NCBI GenBank assembly: GCA_030704615.1
Contig: CM060733.1
Span: 47,306,001-47,370,000 of the forward strand
DNA from: Takakia lepidozioides
Taxonomy: Eukaryota > Plantae > Bryophyta
DNA length: 64,000 nucleotides
Reading direction: 5' to 3'
Both the position numbers and the translations under genes were made by a program. Each line of letters starts with the position of its first letter. The stretch's first letter is position 1. Below, piece by piece: positions 1 to 12,100 of this stretch. A model generated the notes under the pieces. That model was given only the letters and a program-made list of their open reading frames with translations, was not told the origin of the DNA and made no database searches.

Positions 1-175
1 CTTTATGATGTCCGCAGGAAGCTTAAAGAGAAAAAACAATGAAAGGAATTTATAATGTCACTGGGCAGGTCCACAAGGTGCATAAGACACAGTAAAACAA
101 TATCGAAGAGAGAGAGATATTCACATAGAACACAAACTAAGTAAGCATTTTGGCCGTCAAGAGATTTGCCATTAC

Positions 176-3100
176 GTACTTGATGCTAACTCCCTCCTGA
201 ATGTCACGCTCGTTCTCAGCTATAGACAATGCCATGTACTCCACCTGCGCATCCAGAGCCTCAATCCGCTCATCCAAATCTCCAAACAGCGATTCCTCTC
301 CCTGTGTCAGCAGCTTATGGGGCTTTTGTCTGCCTTCCAATGCTAAGCAAGATTGTCGTTCATGTTCACACTGTTCTCTCATAGCCAAGACCTGTGGAGA
401 ATAAGTAGTTCTAGATCAAAATGGCTGCAGAAACACAAATAAAATTGAACCAGTGGGAAAGTGCACACCCCATACGAAGCAGCACACTAATCACCATCAT
501 AATTGGGTAGAGGCACTGATTGCCAGGTTGGCTAAAGGGTACACCAACCATTGGATAGACAATTATAATGTACCCGTAAAGCCGATATGCCCATATTTCA
601 CGGTTGCAAATAGAGCTTCTTACAAAAGGCTCACTTGATACACTCTCACTGTAAACCTTGCATTACTAATAAGCACTACCAAAATGGATGTGGGAGATAA
701 GGGTATCCATATTGAAGCAGGGGTGGTCTGTAAGCCAAGCAACCCCCAAGTCACTCTGCTTCTCTTCTTAGTCTCTAGTTAGTAATGTGCAGATGGTCCA
801 GAAGTGTTCGTAGAACAGTGCATGGCTTAGCAACCTTGCTTCAAACTTAGGTGTACATGTTCCTCTCCTATCAATAGCACATGATTCTGTGGGTAAAAGC
901 AACTGACATAATCTTGACTGAAAGGGCAAGCATTTCTTTACTGCGGAAGGTGGTTGAAGGTCAATTAGTTGACAAATACAAGTTTATCCCGTATTTGGAA
1001 ATGAAATCGACAACGTAAAAGAGAGTTAAGAACAAGCTTAAGAAGTCAACCTCTCCCAGTAGTTCAGTGGCTACAGCAATTTTCCCAAGGGATTTCGCTT
1101 CCTCAGCTTTGCTCTGTTTGGTTTGAATCTCTTTGTCTAGCTTCTGGATGGTGGCCGTCTTCTTCTGCAGCTCTTCAGCAATGTCATGGATGGCACGTGC
1201 ATGCTTCAGCTCCAACTTTGACCTCTCATTCAAACAGTCATCCTTTTCTGACAGAATCTCTTCCTTTTTGGCTTCCTGACAATTTATTTTGATGACATAT
1301 CAAATGATGGAAATACTGTAGGGAAAAAACGACATATCATAGGATGCCAACTACAAAGGAGAAATTTTGGGGCTCTGGTTGACTCTTACAACCCTTAAAA
1401 TCTTAATAGACAAAAAACGGATGAATTAAAGCACGTATTGTAGATTCAAAGAGGTGAGAGAAACGAGGCTCACTATGAAATCTGTCAGGCCCCAAGTACT
1501 AGCTGAGGAGGTTGTTCCTTGTGAACTTAATAGAATACGTTGGAACTCGATTGTAGTTTCTTACTAGAGATTCCAAAATCTTCTCTCATTATAGACAACA
1601 GATATCTACTCATCCGGCAATACCTGCCTTGGCCATAGAACCCACCTGATAGGGGAACGCGTGGAATAAGAAGAAGAAGAGAAGGATGGAAGTGCTTACC
1701 TGCTTGTCTTTAAGGGCCCTAGCCTCCTTCATCTTCAAAAGCTTGTCAATCTCTATGTCCAACATTGCCTCTGTCTGTTCCACATTCGGCCCTAGACCAG
1801 CTGGTGACCCCGTCTCAGATGTTTGTATCAATGTCCCTCTTCTAGAAGTGGCCTTATGGGAGTGGTCATAGGCCAGACTTCGGTCACGGTTGCTTATTTT
1901 AGAGCTGGTGCCATCTGAATCCAGCATTCCCAGCTCCTTCAGCTTTTTGTTGGCAGCAGCCATCTCTTCATTCATCCTCCTCACCACCATGCGTTGCTTC
2001 TGGTTTTCCATCTGCCTCAAAGCATGGTTTGTTCCTCATTGCTCTTTTAGACATTCTACAGTTTTACAAAGGGTGACATCTTTGAATGGCACTCAGAAAT
2101 TTCTAGTGTCCTTACAAACCACACCACTCCTAGAGAATGTGAGTTCTTGAAGTACCCATGTTGCTAGACCCCATGGCCAGTTCAGAGACACAGCAGGGAC
2201 AGGGGAAGAGTCTACTACCTCAAGTTCGCGTACGCGCTTCAGCTGGATTTCAGAGTCACGCTTGAGCACAGCCATGGTTTTCAAATGGATGTCATGCTCG
2301 TCTTCATACTTCTCAGTGGATTCCTTTATCTTCTTTTTCAGTGAATCCTGCTGAGCTCGCATGCGCGTAATTTCATGTTGCAACTGTTGCACCTGTACAA
2401 CCCATGGCAGTGTTCATGTCATTCATAATGATACTATCAATGAGCTTTTCACTACTGGTCATCATTTTTTTGAGTTCCCTGGGTAAGAGATGATTTACTT
2501 CCTTATGGCACCAGGGCCATAAACCTGCACCTGATTAAGCAAAAATGAAGGATGGCAAGGTGTTGTTTAAGGGGGAGCAGAATGGCCCTAGTCTCACTCA
2601 AGGTTTATTCAAGGAGACAAAGTCGATTCAGGACTACCAGTAGTCCTCTAAAACCTTGCCATAGTATCATTAGGGTGATATCTTCATGAAATACTGAAAT
2701 GCAGTTTAACAGACAAATTTCCCAGTTTAGCTAGTCAAGCTGCAGCAGACGTACCTTGACATCTGACTTGGCTTTTTGACGCTCCAGGCGCTGGGACTCT
2801 TGCTCCCACCGCTGCTTTTTCAGTGCTATCAGCTGACTGGTGATTTTCTTCACCTTCTCTTCATATTGTTCATGCAGCCGTTTCTTCTCCTCAGCTCCAC
2901 GGAGGGCATTCTTGTCAATTGCTTCTAACTCTTTTTTCAATGCCTCTACCTCCTCCTCCTTCCGTCTCATCTGTGGGACATTGAAGACAATAAGGCGAAG
3001 CTAAATCATGGGTTGCAACGCTATTTTTACCGAATTATATGGCCACGCCATCCTCAAGGTCCCAGCTGCTATATGCATCTTTGCATCACAAGCACGGTGA

Positions 3101-6100
3101 GGCCCAGATGTGCCGTTATATGTTCATTGTCCTAAAAATAACACACTTATTCTCACAAGATTTGGGACAAACTCACTCATGATAAAGGAAAAGGAGAGAT
3201 GAGATACACACACGAATCGAAGATACACATACACATGGACTGTGTGAGGCATAGTGAAGAGAAATGTGAACAATCCAAACCTCAGCTTCAAGCTCCAGCA
3301 TGCGAGATTCATACTGCTGAGTCAAGTGTTTGGTCTCGGTTTCATTGCGACATAGTTCCTGGATCAGCTCTTCTTTCTGTTGGATGCTGAAGGCAAGCTC
3401 ATGCAATTGCTTGTCCATAACCTGGATACCCCAAAATGGATGTCCATCACCAGGTTGATTTGATGAAATCCATAAATCCTAGGAATGTTGAGCCTCAGAT
3501 AAACACCTCATCTGAAGGGTCGTTTCAAAAGACAAATTACCCACAATAGTTGTTTGCTAAAGGGCCTAGGTGTCTGGACTCCGAAAATTTTGAAAGACTC
3601 ACATTAAAATTTCGCAGTCCAGAGAAATGAAATGGTGCTTTATAACGTCCGCGGAAAGCTTAGGACCAATGAGTTTGGTTTCAATGACCAGCTCCTGATT
3701 ACTGAATGAGGCACCCAGTCCCTGATTACTGAATGGTTTTTGAGCTGGTTTCAATGCAATAATGGTGTGGGTACGAGCAGTGTATTCAGAAGAGGTGTAG
3801 ATTCACTGACAGATACATGGTCTACAGAAAGCCTCTGCAAACATGCTTGATCCAAGTGTCAATCCAGGGGTCAAGAGATATGTTGGCCCCTGGGCGTGGT
3901 TTAGATATGGGCCGGTACCATCTTTGTCTGTAAGAAGTGACCAACACAGTAGTTTGGACATCAATTCACTGTGAGCATAAGCTCCAGTTTGTGAAGATTA
4001 GCTGAGACGGAGCATCAAGCTGCAGGCTGATATGGAGCAGTAGGCACCTGCTTGCTTCGTTTATACTCCCGTGTTTGATGCAGCACATCCTCCTCCAAGC
4101 GCAATTTTTGCTCTTCGATAGATTTTTTCTCGGACAGCAGCCTGTCCTTCTCCTCTTCCTCTGCCTGTTGACACAAAAATGGAGAAATTCAACTTCCACA
4201 ACAGCTTTTTGTGACCTGCTGGGTACATTTGAGAAGATACAGTCGATGAAATGTTCTGCTAAATCATGCCACCCCAATTAAGCTCTTATAAGTAAACAAA
4301 AGCTCAATCAGGGCAAGCCTCTAAATGCAAATGCAGCCATTATGCATGGTCCCCTTATAAGAAGGATAGTCATTCATGTCATGAATCAAATCAAAATGAG
4401 GCTAACTTTCTCGCATCCCCCTTCCTTCTACACCCAAAGCTTGAAGGTTTCATGCTGCAATGCTCTTGAATGCCTAAGCCACAATCGTCTGCCTTACTGA
4501 GTAGCATATTTTCTGTGTAAACTTTATCCCTTTCATGTCCCTCTAGCCCTTTCCCTCACTTACTATTAAAACACAGACAACAACCCAACAAACGCCTGAA
4601 GTCAGAAAGGTTATATGCGAGAAAGAAATGAAATGGTAATTCATAACATCCACGAGGTAAAGAGAAATAAAGAAGAAACATTAGAATGTCAAGGGAAGCT
4701 CAAAGAGCTCATGGAAACAAAGAATGCAACAACCAAAAAGACCTTCATCTTCTCTGTAAGCTCCTCGAGGCGTGTCTGGCCATCAGCATCAAAGCCAGCC
4801 AGAAACACTCCATCACCTCCACCTTCATCAATGTCACACTTCCCCTGAAATAGCCAACCACGCACAGGAAGCATGAGAACCCAGGTTACAACTGGCATAT
4901 AAAACCCCACCTCCAGGAAGCATAGAGACCTGACAACAGGCTCGCTCCTTGACATGCAATCTACATGATAACTCCCCTCTGATTGAGTTGAGGGGGACAC
5001 AAAGATGTTGATCTACTCATTAGCCATTGGTTGCCCTGGGCTTGTAGGAACTACCCCGCACTGCACACTGCCCTTCTGGAGCAGAAAAGTGTAAGATGGG
5101 GGAGGAGTTGAGGGGGGAACACCAGAGACTATTGCAGAAGGCCCTCTCTTGTGTATGGACGTCCCTTTGACAGCTCTTCACCACAGCATCAAGGGGTGTA
5201 ATGAAGGGTTTAAATAACCTCATCAAAGGCATCAGCACCCTCGCTTCTGTCTTCACAGACTTCTGTCTTCAGCCTTGGTTTGACACAAGGCACACTTGCA
5301 CCATTGATGACAAGAGCATCTGGCCGCCCCAACTGCCAAGCTTCAAGTGACATCCGAAGTCTGGCCAATTCGTCCTCCTTTGCACATGCTTCTTGAGACA
5401 TACGTAAAATAATTTCAGCATCTTTCTCCGTCTTCTGCATCAACGCCTCTTTCTCGTTTGTCAAGTCTCTCACCAGCTTCTTGAGGGCCTTGATCTCCTT
5501 CATCTGTTCACAGAATGACAGTGGTTCTTAGTGTCATGAGTGTCCTGCATGATGCCTTGAGTTTAGCTACAAGAGAGATGAATTAGTGGAAACGGAGGCA
5601 ACACTGCTGAGAAAACCAAGAAGGAGAATTGGGAAGGGACAGTCAGTGAAGACATTCTGAGATTTCTTGATGTTTAAACGAAGTGAGAAACATGGAAGAG
5701 TCACCTTCTCTGCGAAAATTCGCTCATCTCTTGCGAGGTCTTCAGTAGCTTCCTCCAGGGCCTCATTTTTCGCTTTGACATCAACGTCTTTTGTGGCCAG
5801 GTGCTCTTCCAACACACGGATTGTGCGTAAATGTTGGTTTATGATATTACGAGTACCCCTACTTGTCCGCCCAGGGGAGATACAGTTGCTACCCTGCATA
5901 AAGAGAGTTCAATTAGACAAACCACAATGGCCAACAGGACAAACAGCCACTTTGACAATGATTTTTCTCATCTGTGTTTCATATTTTTGGCCATATTTTC
6001 TACCTCCACCCGATAGATACAAACAAACAAACTTCATAACGTCCACTTCCACTTGAAAGAAGACAGCAAGTTACACTGGGAATGTCAAAAGCCCAATGAA

Positions 6101-9100
6101 ACTAAGGAAAGTTTCAAATGAGATACACTGAAACCTTGTGGAATCCCCAACATCCTGCATAATCAGGGACTGGGTGCCTCATGCAGTGTGGAAAATGTGA
6201 AAGCCTAAGTGCATCGGTATCGGATTTTCTCTGGGGTTCAACTGGAACCTTGGGGTGAAATAAAACGGGTGGGTGGCCATCTGCCAGGAGAATAAGAAAA
6301 GAAGGAAGCAACGTTATAACATCCACAAGGCCCTGGCCCTGAGGGCCATGGGACAAATTGACAGTAGAAGTGGCAGTATTTCGTCCATCTGCCGGGAGAG
6401 TGAGAAAAAGAAAAGAAACTTCATAACGTCCACAAGCCTGAGGGTGATTGGACAAATGGGCAGTAAAACAAGAACCAGTTAGGAAAGCATCACATGACCC
6501 CAACAAATTGCCTTATGTAGAGATAGAGGTGTCAGAGTTTTCCAACTGATGTGAACTGGGTGCTCATACTGAGGGTCCTCCAAGGAATGGCCACCAAAAT
6601 GAGAGGAGGAAAGAAACAAGAAAAGCAGGGCTGAGAAGAAGAAAACTAGACAGGGATAGCAAGCGAGAAATGCACTCATTCAAACAACCTCTTGGCCTAT
6701 CTACTGAAAATTGTTTCTACAAACCCTTGCATCAACCTTCGGAGGAGAGGACAAAAAGTCCCTCACAGCTTGGCCTTCATCAGGTTGAGACTTGGGCCTT
6801 CCACCTGAGAGGCCACCCTTCTCCCTTGTGCTCCCTCTGTCCATCAGTAGAACCAAGTCCGACGTCCCTCTTCTTGGAGCAGCATCAGCACTCACAGGCC
6901 TTTCTGTACCTGATGGTGATACTGAGTGCCCGAAACTCATGCCCTCTCCATCAATCTCCCCCATTACCCTTTTCGTCATTTCAATCAAGTAGATCTTCAC
7001 CATCATGGTTATGTCCTTACAGCCCTCCCACTGAGGGACCACTTGCACGAGTGCCGTCATCTCTGAGTGTACTTCATCCAATTTCAACTGCAGCAGGGCA
7101 AGTCGCGTGAGCAAACAAACATATTAGCGATTCAAAGAGGACCAAGATTCAGCCTGTGGAAGGGATTTCCCATCTCACATGTACTCAGCACTTAGTAGCT
7201 TGTTTGCTCACTGGCAAGGGAAGGCTTAAGAAAATGCATCTGCCTAACCTCCTCTCATATGTCGACATTGTCTTGCAGCCCCTGGCAACTTGTTTCCTAG
7301 GCTGCGGTTTCCATCTATGGTTCTTTTTCTTTCCAAAGAAAGTAGAGCTGCTTTCTTGTGTTACTGCCAAAGTTGCAGTGATCAATTCAACTGATGAGTG
7401 GCAGATGCCTTCTACACTTGGTCATCTCCCAGAGGCTCCTCAATTGGTGCATCTACACTTACAACAGGGTCGGGACGGATAAAGAAATAAAGAAACTTCC
7501 ACAGGAAGCTCAAAGAGCTTATGGGACCAAAAAAAGCATCAAGAGATTCTCCAAGTTAGGGATAGAGACAGAGGCACACTCATTCTCTACCCCATTTACT
7601 GGAGACAACCCAGCGCCAAGTGCAACTCAAACAGAGACTGCTGAAGAGAAATAGAGCAGAGAGAAAAAAAGGAGAGAGAGGGGGAGCAGCACGGCCCTTA
7701 AAGGAGCGAATTCAGCCAGCAGATACTGTCGGCAGTTAGGAATCTCTGCCAGTAACAGCTTAAGCTTCCAGAGCACCTCCCTGCCTCTTCCAATGGTCGA
7801 GCCCCATGACATGCCACTCATGGAGGGGCCCCTCTCCAGGTACTTCACAAGTGGTGAGCCACCTGACCTTGGAAAGTGTGTGTGGGAGGAGGGATTCTGC
7901 AATGAATTCCTCTGGTTCAGAAAATGTCCTGGGAATAAGCTTGACTGGGATCCAGCTGAATGGCTTGGAATTGGACACAATAGGCATTTCAATCTGGCCA
8001 ACTTCTTGGACAAATTTTCCAAGGAAAAGGGTGGTTGCATTCTGAGTGGAGCAGAAGGGGCAAGTATTTTGGAGAACATCTGCCCCCCATCCACAGTAGA
8101 GAAGATTCAGTGTCTTTCTTTGGCAAGCTATTGTGCGCACTGGAAAATGGCTGTTAGTTTGAGAGGCACTGAGATACTCCTTAGTACTTCGGCAGTTAGA
8201 TGTCCAGCCCATGATTGGTAGGATACATATGAAAAGTTGCTCAGATCGTCCTTGCTGCAGTTTCCAGCTATTAAAGGACCCGACTGGTGCCTTGAAGCTG
8301 TGTACCCTTGGCTGAGTTTTCCTTCAGGCCTGTTAGTGTAAGCTATGAGCTTCTCATTGCAAAGATAGTTGCAGACGTTTTCGCTTACTACAAAAGATAG
8401 TTGTCGCCGTCCATGGCTGTCTCAGGTTTTGCCTGTTAGGTGCCGGTGTTTCAGGTATCTACCCCTCCTACCATTTTGGGGAGGACTTGCTTTATCTTGA
8501 GAAGTGGTCAGCTCGACCACTCTTCCGTGCTGTTCATGTTTTTCTCTGATTGCTAATCCAGTCTTGGTTGGCATTTCTTGTGATTCAAGGCTTTTGACTT
8601 ATAAAAATTGATTTGAGCTGTTTCCCTTTTTTGTAATGATAAGAAGGAATGAGGAATAAGAAGACAGCAATTTATTACCTTCGTCAGACACCCGAATGGC
8701 CTGTGGGACCAAATACAAGTTCAACATGAGATTTCCAGACGAGAACCCAAAGAAGAGAAGAGAAAACTCTTACAACGACGTGATGGTAGATACTTAAATA
8801 TCTTCTTAACAATGTTCACAGAGAGTGCCTCGTACAGGTACATTGCTAAGCACTTCCAGTCACTGACAGTCTCTGACAATGATGAGCACTGTCAGTAAAG
8901 ACACAAGCATCTCCCTCTGCTCTCATGGTGCACTAAGCACCACAAAAAGTGGTCATCTGTCTCCAGTTCATGAAGGTCGAATACCGGAAAATTGTATCCC
9001 CTTTGGAACTGCAGCTAGCCAAATAGAGCAAAGAAAATGGGAGAGGTGGTTTACTACCTGGTAGTGGTCGCGCTCTGTACGAAGTTCCAACATTTCCTCC

Positions 9101-12100
9101 TGAATCTTGCTTACCAGTGACTGTGATGCCTGCATTCCCCTCCAGTTTAATTGTTGAGCATGTCCCTCTTGTTCTCTTTGTCCACAACTTACCAATGTTC
9201 TAGAAAACAGTAAATCGAGGAAACAGGAGTGTAGGGGTGGGAGGAGTGAGGAGGAAAACATTGATAGGACATCCTTACTGAATCTAATTGCCAGTCTCAC
9301 GACCCCCTAGTTCAAATGGAGTGAGTAGAACGGGCAGAGAGAGAGATATGTAGGAAGTAACTCTGGTTCCCCCACAAAAATGATTTGGATATAAAATAAA
9401 ATATAAAGCTTGGGTGTATCCACCTTTGCACAGCAGGGGAAGGGGAGAGGAAGAAAGAAGGAAAGATTATAATGATATCCACAGGGTCCCTGGGGGCCAT
9501 GGGACCAATCAAACTCACCTGTATGTCTTGCTTCAGTTTTAGGCATTCCTGCTCCCTCTCTCGGCTTTTCCGTCGCACAGTTTGCAGCTCGGCAGTCACA
9601 TTCACTGATATATCTGCCCTTGACCTTCACACATACGAAAAATCATTTGTTTCAAAGATCCAATCCTCCCCTAACAACTTTTGGAGGAGAGATTTCACAC
9701 CATTTTCTCCAAACAAAGGAGCAAGAATCAAGTCAGAAACCATAGATAACTACCCCTCAAGCCTGATAAAAGTGGTGAATTAGACCACCTGTGGTTTCTG
9801 ACAGTCCAATAATTTGGTAATGTGGATGTATTTGAACTTACCCAAACAGGAGGCCTACTCTCATAAAACACCACATTGCACACCACCTTCAAAACTTGAC
9901 CTCTCTCTCCTTTCTAGTCTGTAATCATGGGCAGGGACCCTAGCAAGACCTAAAGGGGGTTAGTGTCCTGTGGCTGATCACCACCCCACAACTACAGATC
10001 TTCACCTACTAGATATTTCAGAGCCTCAACAGAGTGAGCAGCCTACGTAGACATTCGGCGAACAAATGAAGATTTGAGTTCTCTGGACATTAGTAGGTCA
10101 ATTATGGCTTGGAAAGTTCACTTTGGCTTCCTTTTCTTGCAGAGGGATACGTTTCTATTTTACAGACTCTTTGAATGGCCATAGAGTTCCTATCCACACA
10201 GTGGAGACAACTCCACATATGAGAGATGAAATGAAATGGTACTTTACAACATCCGCGGGAAGCTCGAAGAGCTTATGGGACAAAATGGAAGAAAGAAACA
10301 AGAAAGAGAAAGAGAAGGAAGAGGGGGAGGATAACAGAATCTTTCCATCTTAGAAGCCCATCAAAAGGGCAATGAACTTGCAAAAGCACCATACCTGATA
10401 TCATCCAAGAATTGCCGATGCGATTCATCCTGGAGAAGAGTTTCCAAACTTTGGGGCCCACTGACAGGTGTCAACCCCATGCTGCACATGCGTGTGTTCA
10501 ACAATTCCACTTGCAATGCCTGCCCCAAGGAAGTTGCTTATTTTGTTAGAACTACAGCTTCTCTTTGCCCTGCTTTGTTTTTGTACTTTGACAGTTGGGA
10601 CCCTGTGGATGATATAAAGGTTATTTTTTTCTTCGAGCTTCCAAGGACGTTAGAAGTAGAATTTCATTCCAATTCCTTGTTAATTAGATAATCTGGAATG
10701 GTTATAACACTTCCCATTTAAAGATTTCTGTGACCTGACTGCAGCTATATTCCGCATTTTGACAATCCTGCTCTTTCATGGTTGTGGACTATGTAAGGGA
10801 AAGCTTACATGCTCCGTATTCACTTTATACTTGCTTCTCAATCTGGAAGCAAAGTAAACAATCAACATACCCGCACTTCTTGACGCAGCTGATTGAGCAT
10901 TACAGCCTGTGGGTCACGGTTGATGACAGGTTTGTTGCGAATATTGCGAGCCCGGTTGGCATACTTGAGTGTATTCAGCGTCTCTTCAAAATTTGTGTCT
11001 GCTGTGCTGCAACAAACAAGATGCCCCTTGTTAGAAAATGCTTTCATGATCAAGCTGCAAATAGAAAAGCTCAAGATTCTAGCAATGACTTCACTATTGC
11101 TCATGGTCTAGCTTCGTGCTCTTTACATCGTATAAGTGACATGTACTTTCCACGCCTGCTTGTAAGCCCACAAATCTCAGTGTGGTTGCTGAAGGGACGT
11201 TCAAATCTCCTTCAGCCATATGGAAGCCTGGTAAAAGTTGTGGGGAAGGATTGCTATGGACATTGAACCTCCTGACAAAGTGATCCAATTTCATAAAAAA
11301 GAGCAGGATACTGTCTTCAGTTTCTGAATCATTTCAAAGGCTACAGCACTTCATTGCTAGAGGTGTCACTATTTGGAAAGTCAAATAACAAACAGGTTTC
11401 AGGTTTTGGATTGCACCTGATACAAGCAAGCATGCACGTTCTGCTATTTCCACCGAGCGAATCCTGCCACATTGCCCCAACTCTCATCCATTGCAGAACC
11501 ATCTCTTTCTGATAAAGATCCATTTCTTGAATTAAAGATTTAATAGAAGGCAGCCAAGTCTAAATGATCTATGGTGTTTTATCCTTATTGTAAATTCTGA
11601 TCATGTCAAGTGTCCTCTGAAGGGAGCCTTGTTGTAAGTGTGCTGTTGAAATTGTCTATTCCTCATGAGAGAGCTGCTTTTGTTGAAAATGATAAGTTTG
11701 GGGTGACCACTTCAGACACTAATCAATGGGCTTTTGTACTATCAACCTCAAAAGCTTATGAACGAAATGCCGCACTACCCAAAAACTCCTGCCAGAGTGA
11801 AGAGACTCCTTCCCTCAAAGGGATTCTGCAATGTCTTTCAAGTACTGGATTTAATTTTACAACGTAGATTTCAAGTCAAGTCGTAGAGTGCAACAGATTT
11901 ACTAATTGTCCAGCTCCATATTTCCTTTGGAAGTGCACATCTGAGGCAATGAAGTGCAGAAGAATGGAGACCTGTAGCATTCGCGTGAGCTTTGATTCTC
12001 TGTAGGGAACATGATGGCCTCTTTTCCGCTCATCACCCAATGCACTTCAGATCATTCACCACCACATGCAAGCCATCAGCTTCAAGCACATTCAGATTTA

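Noticed and set aside
7627-8221. Overlapping 140-155 aa ORFs in a kinesin intron
   Set aside because: No recognisable motif in any frame; it may be a decayed insertion but cannot be supported as a feature.
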